This document shows, one piece after another, positions 34,067 to 43,271 of a DNA stretch of 44,887 nucleotides. Positions within the stretch are counted from its first letter, which is position 1. Each line of letters opens with the position of its first letter. The translations under genes and the position numbers were made by a program. The stretch is taken from positions 1-44,887 of IMG/VR virus record IMGVR_UViG_3300037467_000862. The stretch is one strand, 5' to 3'. This stretch comes from a virus (Duplodnaviria; Caudoviricetes). The notes below the pieces were generated by a model, which had not been told where the DNA came from, ran no database searches, and was given only the letters and a program-made list of their open reading frames with translations.

Positions 34067-35375
34067 ACACGCCCGCCTGTCACCTTCAAGCGCATCGCGC
34101 TGGATGCGCTGCGCGGGTGCCCTGGCCATGGAAGCGGATTGTCCCGACTCGTCGTCCGAGTTCGCCGACGAGGGCACCGCCGCCCACCAGGTCGCCGAAT
34201 GGGCGCTGACCGAGAACAAGCCGGCCGCCGCGTACATCGGGCGCCGGGTCGATGTCGGCCCGCACAAGACCGTCGAATGCACCGCCGACATGGCCGAGCA
34301 CGTCCAGACCTACGTTGACGCAATCCACGAGCGCATCGAGCAGTTCAAGCTGCTGGGGGCCGTGAGCGTGGAAATGCTGGTCGAGGTGCGCGTGGACTTC
34401 TCGCGCTTCGTTGGCGAGCCTGACCAGTTCGGCACGTCCGACGTGGTGCTGCTCGTTGATTGGGGCGCGCACATGCAAGTCGATGTGAACGACTTGAAGT
34501 TCGGTCGCGGCGTGAAGGTCTACGCCGAAGACAACGAGCAGATGAAGATTTACGCGCTCGGTGCTTACGACCAGTACGCCGCGCTTGGCGACTACCAGAC
34601 GGTGTCCTGGTGCATCCACCAGCCGCGCCTGTCGCACATCGACTACGCCGAGTGCAGCGCCGACGACCTACTCGCGTGGGCGAAGTCGGAACTGCGCCCG
34701 GCGGCGAGCGAGGCCATGCTGCACTTCGAAGGCCGCGAGAAGTTCCCGGTGCCGCTGGTCGCGCTTACCCCCGGCGACAAGCAGTGCAAGTTCTGCAAGG
34801 CCAAGGCGAAATGCCCGGCCGCCGCGCAGCTCGTGTACGACACCGTGGCGGACGACTTCGTGGACCTGACGCGAGGACTGCAGCCGCAAATCGCCACCAG
34901 CATCGAGCGCGTCGAGAACAGCGACGCCCCGCACGTGGCCGAAATGCTGCGCACCGTGGACTTCATCGAGTCCTGGTGCAAGGCGGTTCGCGCGCGTGCC
35001 GAGGCCGACCTGCTCTCGGGCCGTGCCGTGCCGGGCTTCAAGCTCGTGCAGGGCAAGAAGGGCGCGCGCCAGTGGGGCGACGCCCAGGCCGTCGAGCAGG
35101 CCATGAAGTCGATGCGCTTGAAGCAGGACGTGATGTACGACTTCAAGCTCATCAGCCCGACCACGGCCGAGAAGCTGGCCAAGTCCGGCGTGATCGGCGA
35201 ACGCCAGTGGCCGAAGCTGCAGTCGCTCATCACGCAGTCCGAGGGCGGCCTGTCCGTGGCGCCCGAGTCCGACAAGCGCCCCGCGGTCGTCATCACGCCA
35301 GTGGCCGACGACTTCGAGGACGTGTCGCAAACCGCAACCGCAACCGAAACCGCAACCGCTGACGACCTGGTGTAA
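34059..35375 (+). CDS. DUF2800 / Cas4-like PD-(D/E)xK exonuclease
   Basis: [31 protein letters not shown] and [10 protein letters not shown]. Confidence 0.9.
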   Translation: MSEHARLSPSSASRWMRCAGALAMEADCPDSSSEFADEGTAAHQVAEWALTENKPAAAYIGRRVDVGPHKTVECTADMAEHVQTYVDAIHERIEQFKLLGAVSVEMLVEVRVDFSRFVGEPDQFGTSDVVLLVDWGAHMQVDVNDLKFGRGVKVYAEDNEQMKIYALGAYDQYAALGDYQTVSWCIHQPRLSHIDYAECSADDLLAWAKSELRPAASEAMLHFEGREKFPVPLVALTPGDKQCKFCKAKAKCPAAAQLVYDTVADDFVDLTRGLQPQIATSIERVENSDAPHVAEMLRTVDFIESWCKAVRARAEADLLSGRAVPGFKLVQGKKGARQWGDAQAVEQAMKSMRLKQDVMYDFKLISPTTAEKLAKSGVIGERQWPKLQSLITQSEGGLSVAPESDKRPAVVITPVADDFEDVSQTATATETATADDLV

Positions 35376-35378
35376 CCC

Positions 35379-35594
35379 ATGACGAACGACGCCTCGCAAT
35401 ACGTTTCAAGCCACACCCTGCTGCCGCTCGATGCGCAGGCGATGCTTCGCCGAGCGGCGGCAACCCCCGTAACCGATGCGGACCCCATGGCGCGCCTGCG
35501 CGCCGTGGACCGCGCCATCAAGCACGTGAAGCTCGCGCACCCGAAGCTGTTCAGCCACGCCGCGCTTCTCAACTACGAAATCCCCACCCTCTGA
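35379..35594 (+). CDS. Hypothetical protein
   Basis: 71 aa filling the gap in the operon. Confidence 0.6.
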   Translation: MTNDASQYVSSHTLLPLDAQAMLRRAAATPVTDADPMARLRAVDRAIKHVKLAHPKLFSHAALLNYEIPTL

Positions 35595-35609
35595 AAAGGA
35601 GTAACAACC

Positions 35610-36161
35610 ATGAAAATCAAACTCGCCAACGTCCGCCTCGCGTTCCCGCAACTGTTCGAAGCCAAGACCGTCAACGGTGAAGGCAAACCCGCCCACAGCG
35701 CGGCCTTCCTGTTCGCCCCCGACCACCCGGTTGTCAAGGAAATCAAGGACGGCATCGAGAAGGTCGGCGCTGCGAAGTGGGGCGCGAAGTGGCCCGCTAT
35801 CAAGAAGGCCATGGAAGCGGCCGACAAGACCGCGCTGCACAACGGCGACACGAAGTCGGAATACGCCGGCTACGAGGGCATGCTTTTTGTCAACGCTCGC
35901 AACGAGCAGCGCCCCACCGTGCTGGACCGCGACAAGTCGCCGCTGACCGCAGCCGATGGCCGCCCGTACGCCGGCTGCTACGTCAACGCGGTGGTGGAAC
36001 TGTGGGCGCAGGACAACAACTACGGCAAGCGCATCAACGCCAGCTTGATGGGCGTGCAGTTCTTCAAAGACGGCGACGCGTTCTCGGGCGGCGGTGTCGC
36101 TGACGCCGACGAGTTCGACAGCATCGAAGAAGGTGCCGACGCCGTGGACGACCTGGCCTAA
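35610..36161 (+). CDS. ssDNA-binding protein (DUF2815, T7 gp2.5-like)
   Basis: NVRLAFPQLF, YAGCYVN, GVQFFKDGDAF and an acidic tail; AAGGAG RBS. Confidence 0.9.
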   Translation: MKIKLANVRLAFPQLFEAKTVNGEGKPAHSAAFLFAPDHPVVKEIKDGIEKVGAAKWGAKWPAIKKAMEAADKTALHNGDTKSEYAGYEGMLFVNARNEQRPTVLDRDKSPLTAADGRPYAGCYVNAVVELWAQDNNYGKRINASLMGVQFFKDGDAFSGGGVADADEFDSIEEGADAVDDLA

Positions 36162-36426
36162 GCCCCGGTCCTGGCCTTCGGGCCAGGGCTATTCGGTGGT
36201 GGGGCGGTCTCGGAGCCGATAGGAGACCGCGCGATGGACGGACCGGGTAAGCCGCCACCGCCCCACCACCGAATAGCGGGGGCTTCCTCTGTCTCCACCT
36301 GCGGTTTGCCGCGCGGGAAAAAGCTCGAAATCGTTAAGCGCTCACCGCCCGCTGGCACATCGGTTAAACGGGGGCGCCATACGCAAACCGCCGGAAGCCC
36401 GTAAGTGGATTGGCGGAAATTTCGAG
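36161..36426 (+). ncRNA. Candidate structured RNA
   Basis: UUCG hairpin, a perfect 21-bp stem, nested 8- and 9-bp stems and a possible pseudoknot in an ORF-free gap. Confidence 0.5.
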
Positions 36427-36458
36427 AATAGGCAACACGAATAACTAAGGGGGATGCC

Positions 36459-36620
36459 ATGGGCAGCAAGTACACAGTAGAAGCATGGGGTAAGCATTTC
36501 GGCGACAGCGAGTATTCATTGCTCGTCATGTGGGCCGGGCAGTCGTTCATCAAAGCGCTGTTCCACACCTGGAAGACCAAGCGTGCCGGCTTTGGCTGCG
36601 TAACTCTCAGTGTGCGGTGA
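36459..36620 (+). CDS. 53-aa hypothetical protein (not in the ORF track)
   Basis: TAAGGGGG RBS; MGSKYTVEAWGKHFGDSEYSLLVMWAGQSFIKALFHTWKTKRAGFGCVTLSVR. Confidence 0.6.
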   Translation: MGSKYTVEAWGKHFGDSEYSLLVMWAGQSFIKALFHTWKTKRAGFGCVTLSVR

Positions 36621-36624
36621 TGCC

Positions 36625-36867
36625 ATGAACTACCGAAACATGACCGTGGGCGAGCTCGAGCGGCTGGCGTACATCGAGCCGAGCAACCTGACCGCGCAGC
36701 AGGCGTACGCCGCACGCTGCTTGCAGGAGGTTGAAACGCTGTGCGGGGAAGTCATCCAGCTCGAAAGCAAGAACGACGAACTGCAGAGCGAATTGGACGA
36801 GGCGCACGACGAGGCCGAGCGCCTGCGCGCCGAACTTGACGACATGCGGGACGAGGCACCAGCGTGA
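36625..36867 (+). CDS. Acidic coiled-coil hypothetical protein
   Basis: Start MNYRNM; stop overlaps the polA GTG start. Confidence 0.65.
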   Translation: MNYRNMTVGELERLAYIEPSNLTAQQAYAARCLQEVETLCGEVIQLESKNDELQSELDEAHDEAERLRAELDDMRDEAPA

Positions 36868-39011
36868 CCGCGAAGCTCTATTGCGACTTCGAGACGTACA
36901 GCCCCGTGCCGCTCAAGGACGGCACTCACCGCTACGCCGAGCAGGCCGAGGTGATGCTGTTCACCTATGCGTTCGATGATGGCCCGGCGCGGTGCTGGGA
37001 CTTGACCGAGAACCCGAAGCCGCCCAGCGACCTGATGGACGCGCTGCGCGGCCCCGACGTGCTGACCGTGTGGGCCAATGGTGGCATGTTCGACCGCGTC
37101 GTGGCCAAGCACGCGCTGCCATGGCTGTACGACGCCGTGCCCATCGAACGCTGGTACGACACGCGCGTGCAGGCGCTCGCACACTCGCTGCCCGGCGCGC
37201 TCGACAAGCTGTGCGAGATTTTCAACGTGGCCGACGAGGACAAGAAGCTCGACGGCAAGGCGCTCATCCAACTGTTCTGCAAGCCACCAGCGAAGAACCT
37301 GAAACGCGGCCGGGCTACGCGCCACACGCACCCGCAAGAGTGGGAAGCGTTCAAGCGCTACGCCATCCAGGACATCCCGTCGATGCGCGCGGTCCACAAG
37401 AAGATGCCGACCTGGAATTACCAGGGCGGCGAAATGGCGCTGTGGCAGCTCGACCAGGCCATCAACATGCGCGGCGTGCAGATGGACCTCGACCTCGCGC
37501 GCGCCGCGATTCGTGCCGTGGACCGCGCGCAGAAGCGACTGGCCGCGCGCACGGTGGAACTGACCAATGGCGACCTGCAGCGCGCGACGCAGCGCGACAA
37601 GCTGCTCGCGCACCTGCTGGCCGAGTACGGCGTGGACCTGCCGGACTTGACCAAGGCCACGCTGGAACGTCGCATCGAGGACGCCAGCCTGCCGTGGGCG
37701 CTGCGCGAGCTGCTGGCCATCCGGCTACAGGCATCGACCACCAGCGCGAGCAAGTACAAGACGCTCGTGCGCGCGGTGTCGAAGGACGACCGGCTGCGCG
37801 GCACGCTGCAGTTCTGCGGCGCCAGCCGCACCGGGCGCTGGGCCGGCCGCCTCTTCCAGCCGCAGAACATGATGCGCCCGACGCTCAAGCAGGACGCCAT
37901 CGACGCCGGCATCGAGGCGATGAAGTCCGATTGCGAAGACCTCATCACGGACAACGTGATGGAACTAGCCAACAACGCGGTGCGCGGCTGCATCGTGGCG
38001 CCGCCCGGTAAGAAGCTGTGCGTGGCCGACCTGTCGAACATCGAGGGCCGCAAGCTGGCATGGCTGGCCGGCGAGCAGTGGAAGCTCAAGGCGTTCGCCG
38101 ACTTCGACGCCGGCCACGGTGCCGACCTTTACAAACTTGCGTACGCCCGCGCCTTCGGCATCAAGCCCGAGGACGTGGACAAGCACATGCGACAAATCGG
38201 CAAGGTTATGGAGCTGGGCCTCGGCTACGAGGGCGGCGTGGGCGCGTTCCTGCAGTTCGCGCTGGTGTACGGCCTGGACATCGAGGCCATGAGCGACGCG
38301 GCAATCGGGTCCATTCCCGACGACGTATGGTCCGAAGCGCAGGGCATGCTGGACTGGACGAAGAAACAGCGCCGCAGCACGTTCGGCCTGTCCGACCAGG
38401 CGTTCATGGTGTGCGAGTCGTTCAAACGCTCATGGCGCCGCGCGCACCCGGCGGTGTCCGACTTGTGGACCGACGTGGGCTACGCCGCGCGCCTGGCCAT
38501 CCAGAACCCGGGCGTGACCTACGACGTGTCCGACCCGCGCTTCCAGCGCGATTCGCACGACGCCCACCACTGGAAGCGCTCGGGCGGCATCCACAAGCGC
38601 CCGCGCCTGTTGCTTCGCCGCGATGGCATGTGGCTGCGCATCCAACTGCCGAGCGGCAGGAAACTGTGCTACCCCTCGCCGCAAGTGGCCGATGACGGCA
38701 CCGTCAGTTACATGGGCGTGAACCAGTACAGCCGCAAGTGGTCGCGCATCAAGACCTACGGCGGCAAGCTGGTCGAGAACATCACGCAGGCGGCAGCGCG
38801 CGACGTTCTCACGGCGAACATGCCGGCCATCGAGGCGGCTGGCTACGAGATTGTGCTCACGGTCCACGACGAGATTTTGAGCGAAGCACCCGACAGCCCC
38901 GAGTTCAGCCACGAGCACCTGGCGGCGCTAATCGCTGCTAACCCGCCATGGGCCGCCGGTCTGCCGCTCGCCGCCGCCGGATTCGAAAGCTACAGATACA
39001 GAAAAGATTGA
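36864..39011 (+). CDS. polA: DNA polymerase family A with 3'-5' exonuclease
   Basis: ExoI DFET; RTGRW; motif A DLSNIE; motif B RQIGKVMELGLGY; motif C VHDE. Confidence 0.95.
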   Translation: MTAKLYCDFETYSPVPLKDGTHRYAEQAEVMLFTYAFDDGPARCWDLTENPKPPSDLMDALRGPDVLTVWANGGMFDRVVAKHALPWLYDAVPIERWYDTRVQALAHSLPGALDKLCEIFNVADEDKKLDGKALIQLFCKPPAKNLKRGRATRHTHPQEWEAFKRYAIQDIPSMRAVHKKMPTWNYQGGEMALWQLDQAINMRGVQMDLDLARAAIRAVDRAQKRLAARTVELTNGDLQRATQRDKLLAHLLAEYGVDLPDLTKATLERRIEDASLPWALRELLAIRLQASTTSASKYKTLVRAVSKDDRLRGTLQFCGASRTGRWAGRLFQPQNMMRPTLKQDAIDAGIEAMKSDCEDLITDNVMELANNAVRGCIVAPPGKKLCVADLSNIEGRKLAWLAGEQWKLKAFADFDAGHGADLYKLAYARAFGIKPEDVDKHMRQIGKVMELGLGYEGGVGAFLQFALVYGLDIEAMSDAAIGSIPDDVWSEAQGMLDWTKKQRRSTFGLSDQAFMVCESFKRSWRRAHPAVSDLWTDVGYAARLAIQNPGVTYDVSDPRFQRDSHDAHHWKRSGGIHKRPRLLLRRDGMWLRIQLPSGRKLCYPSPQVADDGTVSYMGVNQYSRKWSRIKTYGGKLVENITQAAARDVLTANMPAIEAAGYEIVLTVHDEILSEAPDSPEFSHEHLAALIAANPPWAAGLPLAAAGFESYRYRKD

Positions 39012-39020
39012 TCTAGCCCC

Positions 39021-39049
39021 TTGCTAAACACATTAGCGTTTGCTAATGT
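39021..39049 (+). promoter_or_regulatory. Promoter with overlapping operator
   Basis: TTGCTA-N17-TAATGT; palindrome TTAGCGTTTGCTAA at 39033-39046. Confidence 0.72.
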
Positions 39050-39100
39050 ATAGCTCAACGGTACGCGCACGGGGCGCGACGGGCAGAACGGAGGATGGCG

Positions 39101-39229
39101 ATGCGAACGCTAACCGACTTGCTACTCATCGCACTGGCGTGTTTTTGCGTCTACGCGGTGATCGACACCGACGGCGTATCGCACACGCTGGACGGCGTGG
39201 CGACGTACCTGCGCGGGTTGCTGTCCTAG
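39101..39229 (+). CDS. 42-aa membrane peptide (not in the ORF track)
   Basis: GGAGG RBS; MRTLTDLLLIALACFCVYAVIDTDGVSHTLDGVATYLRGLLS. Confidence 0.6.
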   Translation: MRTLTDLLLIALACFCVYAVIDTDGVSHTLDGVATYLRGLLS

Positions 39230-39248
39230 CCCGTTGCAGGTGCCGCCC

Positions 39249-39401
39249 ATGACGCAGACCACGCACCCCAGCAAGGAAGCAGTCAGGCAGTACATGCAGC
39301 AGCGGCAGGCAGAGCACAAGCCGCCCCCGCCACCGGACGAGATAAGGCGCCAGCTCGGGTGGGAACTAAAACCAAGCGCCAACAACGATTGCCAAAGATA
39401 A
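39249..39401 (+). CDS. 50-aa hypothetical protein (not in the ORF track)
   Basis: AGGTG RBS; MTQTTHPSKEAVRQYMQQRQAEHKPPPPPDEIRRQLGWELKPSANNDCQR. Confidence 0.6.
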   Translation: MTQTTHPSKEAVRQYMQQRQAEHKPPPPPDEIRRQLGWELKPSANNDCQR

Positions 39402-39426
39402 GAACCAGCCAGGGAGGAAACCAACA

Positions 39427-39627
39427 ATGATCGACGCCATCAAACGCACCGTGCAGCGCTGGCTGCGCAACCGCAAGCGGGCCAGCATCGCGCGCCAGCT
39501 CGATGACACCTACGCCAACCTGCGCCTGTACCGCGACAAAGAACAAATGCTGCTGCGCGCGTACCGCGAACTGGCGGCGGAAGACGTGCATTCGATGCTG
39601 CCCACCCGCCGGGCGCGGGGGTTCTGA
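39427..39627 (+). CDS. Hypothetical protein
   Basis: 66 aa with GGAGG RBS. Confidence 0.7.
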   Translation: MIDAIKRTVQRWLRNRKRASIARQLDDTYANLRLYRDKEQMLLRAYRELAAEDVHSMLPTRRARGF

Positions 39628-39959
39628 TGAGCACCGACCGCGAACTGCTGGAACTGGCGGCTAAGGCGGCGGGGATCGTCGGCGTGTCGTGCGATGAAGG
39701 TTGGTGGGTAGCGTTCACCAAAGAACAAAAGCAGCGTTTGGCCCTAGGCGCCGGCAATGGCTATGTCTGGAACCCGCTCACCGACGACGGCGACGCGCTG
39801 CGGCTGGCGGTGACGCTGGGACTGACGCTGTACATCGGCCGACCGCACGTCACGGCGGAATTCAACGGTCTGCGCGCAAACGAAACGTCGTTTGACAACC
39901 TCGCTGCGACGCGCCGCACCATCGTGCGCGTCGCTGCGGAGATTGGCCGCCATGCGTGA
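39627..39959 (+). CDS. Conserved phage hypothetical protein
   Basis: DRELLELAAKAAG...WNPLTDDGDALRLAV...ATRRTIVRVAAEIG, a pattern common in proteobacterial phages. Confidence 0.8.
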   Translation: MSTDRELLELAAKAAGIVGVSCDEGWWVAFTKEQKQRLALGAGNGYVWNPLTDDGDALRLAVTLGLTLYIGRPHVTAEFNGLRANETSFDNLAATRRTIVRVAAEIGRHA

Positions 39960-40305
39960 CGACCCAATCGACCTGGCCTCGCCCAGCTACACCCCCAACC
40001 GGCTGCTCAACCATGCGGCAGAACTGCTGGGCGCGCGAAACGATGCACGGCTCGCGCTTATTTTGGAAGTGGACTGCGCGTACATCAGCCGCATTCGCAG
40101 CCGCAAAGAGGGCATCGGGCCTGGCCTGATGGTGCGGATCATGGACCGCACCGGCTGGCATATCCAGCACCTGCGCGAACTCGCGGGCATGCCGTTCGAT
40201 GGCGTGACCAAATTGGTGGACCTCGCGCACCGCGTTGGCCTGCCGTTTCCACATACCTTCACGGCGCAGCCGCAAGACCAGCAAGCCGAGGTGTGCGATG
40301 CGTGA
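39952..40305 (+). CDS. XRE-like HTH protein
   Basis: Start MRDDP; PNRLL...NDARLALILEVDCAYISRIR. Confidence 0.7.
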   Translation: MRDDPIDLASPSYTPNRLLNHAAELLGARNDARLALILEVDCAYISRIRSRKEGIGPGLMVRIMDRTGWHIQHLRELAGMPFDGVTKLVDLAHRVGLPFPHTFTAQPQDQQAEVCDA

Positions 40306-40663
40306 GTCTCAAGTCGAGGCGCACCTGGTCAAGCGCGTGAAGGCGCTGGGCGGCGAGGTGCGCAAAGTCCAGTGGATCGGCCGCCGCGGCGCGCCGGATC
40401 GCGTGGTGATGCTGCCGCCGTTCACGCTGCGCGCGAAGGGCACGACGGACGAAGAACTTGAGCGCGTGCGTAAAGCGGCCAGGAAGCTGGCCAAAGAATT
40501 CGGCAGGCCGTTCTCGACCGTGTGGGTTGAATTGAAGCGCCCCGGCGAAGTGGCCGAGCCGCACCAGGCGCGCGAGCACGAGCGCATGCGCGCGATGGGC
40601 CAGCGGGTCGAAGTGCTCGACTCCATCGAGGCCGTGAATAAATTCATAGAAGGGATTTTGTAA
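40298..40663 (+). CDS. VRR-NUC nuclease (resolvase-like)
   Basis: MRESQVE, GAPDR, WVELKRPG and HQAREH motifs. Confidence 0.88.
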   Translation: MRESQVEAHLVKRVKALGGEVRKVQWIGRRGAPDRVVMLPPFTLRAKGTTDEELERVRKAARKLAKEFGRPFSTVWVELKRPGEVAEPHQAREHERMRAMGQRVEVLDSIEAVNKFIEGIL

Positions 40664-40887
40664 TGGAACAGATTACCGCGCTTGTAGCGCGCCACCCGCT
40701 GATGTTCGTGACGCTCGCCGCGCTCTTGGGCGCGTGGCTGGGCATGTTCGTGATGGCGTGCGCAGCAGCCGCCGGCCGTGCTGACGACGAGGCCGAGCAT
40801 CAGCGAACGGTGTACGGCGACAAGGTCGTGTGCTGCAACCACAACTGCAACCAGGGCGACGACTGCCCGTTGCGCGAGGGGGCGTAA
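40663..40887 (+). CDS. Small membrane protein with Cys-rich tail
   Basis: TM segment then CCNHNCNQGDDCP. Confidence 0.65.
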   Translation: MEQITALVARHPLMFVTLAALLGAWLGMFVMACAAAAGRADDEAEHQRTVYGDKVVCCNHNCNQGDDCPLREGA

Positions 40888-41175
40888 ATGCACGAGCCGG
40901 ACGTATTTGATTACGAGCAAGAGCTCGAGCAAGCGGAGCCGAATCCCCAGTCGGCCGAGCCGGGTAGCCCATTGGCGCGAGCGCGCTGCATGGCGCACAG
41001 CGCATTTGACCCTATGTGGCAGAGCGGGAAGATGTCGCGTAGCGAAGCGTACACCTGGCTTGCGCGGCAACTCAGCATCCCTAAGCACCGCTGCCACATG
41101 CTGCAGTTCGACATCGAAATGTGCAACAGGGTAGTAGAAGTTTGCACGGCCAACGACTTCGAGGACTTGTCTTGA
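40888..41175 (+). CDS. DUF3268-like protein (C-terminal part only)
   Basis: AHSAFDPMW...MSRSEAYTWLARQL...CH motif. Confidence 0.7.
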   Translation: MHEPDVFDYEQELEQAEPNPQSAEPGSPLARARCMAHSAFDPMWQSGKMSRSEAYTWLARQLSIPKHRCHMLQFDIEMCNRVVEVCTANDFEDLS

Positions 41176-42566
41176 GCCGTCGCCAGTTCACGCCGCGCGC
41201 ATGGCAGGGGCCGATGATCGACCACATCATCGGCGTGCCGCGCAACGCGCTGTTCGCTGGCATGGGGCTGGGCAAGACCACGGCCACGATGACGGCGCTG
41301 GACTATATGTACCTGGCCGGCGAGCTGACAGCGCCCACGCTGGTGTGTGCGCCGCTGCGCGTGGCCGCGAGCACCTGGCCGGATGAAGCGACGAAGTGGG
41401 ACCACCTGCGGCACATCGAGGTGCAGCCCATCATCGGCGATGCGAAGGCGCGCGAGCGCGCGCTGCGCAATCCGAACGCGTCGGTGTTCTCCATCAACTA
41501 TGAAAACCTGCCGTGGCTGGCCAAGCACCTGGAAGACACGCGCCGCGCGTGGCCCTTCGAGAAGGTGGTCGCCGACGAGTCCACCAAGCTCAAGGGATTC
41601 CGCACGAAGCAAGGCACGGCGCGCGCCAAGGTGCTGGGCCGCGTCGCGCACAAGCACGTCAAGCGCTGGTCGAACCTGACCGGCACGCCCAGTCCGAACG
41701 GACTGCAAGACCTTTGGGGCCAGCTCTGGATGCTGGACGGCGGCCAGCGCCTCGGCCGTAGCTTTACGGCGTTCACGCAGCGTTGGTTCCAAAAGTCGTT
41801 CGACGGTTTCAGCATCGACCCGCTGCCGTTCGCCCAGCAGCAGATCGAAGACGCCATCCGCGACCTTTGCCTCACGCTCGACATCCGCGACTTCGTGGAC
41901 ATCCGCGAACCCATCGTCGTGCCGGTGTACGTGGACCTGCCCGCGAAGGCGCGCCGGCTGTACGACGACATGGAAAAGAAAATGTTTGCCGTCATCGGCG
42001 AGCACGAGGTCGAGGCGTTCAGCGCCGCGGCCAAAACGATGAAGTGCCTGCAGCTCGCCAACGGCGCCGCGTACGTCAACGAAAGCAGCGTATGGGAGGA
42101 AGTACACGATGCAAAAATTCAAGCGCTTGAGGACATTGTGGAAGAGGCCGCTGGCGCGCCCGTCCTGGTGGCCTACCACTTCAAGTCAGACCTTGCCCGG
42201 CTCCAACGTGCGTTCCCTCAAGGTCGGGCGCTGGACGCTGTACCTAGCACGATATCGGAATGGAACCGCGGTCGCATTCCGGTGCTCTTTGCGCATCCTG
42301 CTTCGGCGGGCCACGGACTGAACCTGCAGGACGGCGGCAACATCCTCGTGTTCTTCGGCCACAACTGGAACCTCGAGGAACGCCTGCAAATCATCGAGCG
42401 CATCGGGCCGACTCGCCAGCTTCAAGCCGGCCACGACAGACCCGTCTTTATCTACAACATCCTGGCCCGCGACACGGTGGACGAGCTGGTGCTCGCACGC
42501 TGCGAGTCGAAGCGTGAGGTGCAGGACATTCTTCTGGAAGCGATGAAAAAGAAAGGGATCAAATGA
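41172..42566 (+). CDS. SNF2-family helicase
   Basis: GMGLGKT, DEST, LTGTP, AGHGLNLQ; probable TTG start at 41172. Confidence 0.92.
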   Translation: MSRRQFTPRAWQGPMIDHIIGVPRNALFAGMGLGKTTATMTALDYMYLAGELTAPTLVCAPLRVAASTWPDEATKWDHLRHIEVQPIIGDAKARERALRNPNASVFSINYENLPWLAKHLEDTRRAWPFEKVVADESTKLKGFRTKQGTARAKVLGRVAHKHVKRWSNLTGTPSPNGLQDLWGQLWMLDGGQRLGRSFTAFTQRWFQKSFDGFSIDPLPFAQQQIEDAIRDLCLTLDIRDFVDIREPIVVPVYVDLPAKARRLYDDMEKKMFAVIGEHEVEAFSAAAKTMKCLQLANGAAYVNESSVWEEVHDAKIQALEDIVEEAAGAPVLVAYHFKSDLARLQRAFPQGRALDAVPSTISEWNRGRIPVLFAHPASAGHGLNLQDGGNILVFFGHNWNLEERLQIIERIGPTRQLQAGHDRPVFIYNILARDTVDELVLARCESKREVQDILLEAMKKKGIK

Positions 42567-43087
42567 ACGCGCCAACCTTCAAACCGAGCAGTGGGTCGCA
42601 GGTGTCGAGCGGTGAGCAATACTGCGCGCATTGCACGTACCACCGCGACTACCACAAGGGCACGTACCTCATGTGCCCGACCATCAACGACGTGGCCGAG
42701 CGCAACTTGCAAAGCAAGGCCGAGGCCGCGAGCGCGCAGGGCGTGGACTTCACGCACCACCACACCGAGGTGCAGCGCCAACTCAGGACGGACGATCCGG
42801 CCACCGTGCTCGTGCGCGCGCTGCTGGACCCCGAGCAGTTTGGCCACGCGGTCACGCCGGAAGTGCGCGATGAAGCCCGTCGCGTGCTGGGCGTGCAGCC
42901 GGTCGAACTGCCGCGGTTGCCGGTGCATTACACGGTGCCCACGTTCCTGGCCGATGTGCCGGCCGGTGCGCAACTCATCGCCGTGAAGGACAAGGTGATC
43001 GTGGCCGCGCCCGGCATGGTGCCGTGCTACATCACGCCGACAGGGCTGCAGCCCATCCACTGCGCGGAGGGTGCTAACCATGGCTGA
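42563..43087 (+). CDS. Hypothetical protein
   Basis: 174 aa, translationally coupled; CAHC...H...C near the N-terminus. Confidence 0.65.
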   Translation: MNAPTFKPSSGSQVSSGEQYCAHCTYHRDYHKGTYLMCPTINDVAERNLQSKAEAASAQGVDFTHHHTEVQRQLRTDDPATVLVRALLDPEQFGHAVTPEVRDEARRVLGVQPVELPRLPVHYTVPTFLADVPAGAQLIAVKDKVIVAAPGMVPCYITPTGLQPIHCAEGANHG

Positions 43088-43271
43088 CATCATCGACCAG
43101 ACCGACGAGCGCGAGGCCATCATCGAGTTGGCCCGCGTGCAGCAGGCAGCGGCCAAGGCCGCAGCGATTCCGGCCGGCGTGCCGGGCGAGTGCGAGAAGT
43201 GCGGCGAGGACATGCCGCGCCTGGTTGGCGGCGTGTGTTGCCCGTGCCGTGACAAGTACAAGCTGCCATGA
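43080..43271 (+). CDS. TraR/DksA C4 zinc-finger protein
   Basis: MADIID N-terminal DxxD motif; CEKCGE...CCPC. Confidence 0.78.
   Translation: MADIIDQTDEREAIIELARVQQAAAKAAAIPAGVPGECEKCGEDMPRLVGGVCCPCRDKYKLP

Noticed and set aside
35331-35360. ACCGCA hexamer tandem as a phase-variation tract
   Set aside because: It is short, in-frame and imperfect, and encodes a [10 protein letters not shown] linker at the C-terminus.
34059-35375. CRISPR-Cas system suggested by the Cas4-like nuclease
   Set aside because: No repeat-spacer array or other cas genes; DUF2800 beside SSB and PolA is a standard replication module.
36170-36187. Simple intrinsic terminator after SSB
   Set aside because: No U-tract on either side, and it runs straight into a larger paired structure.
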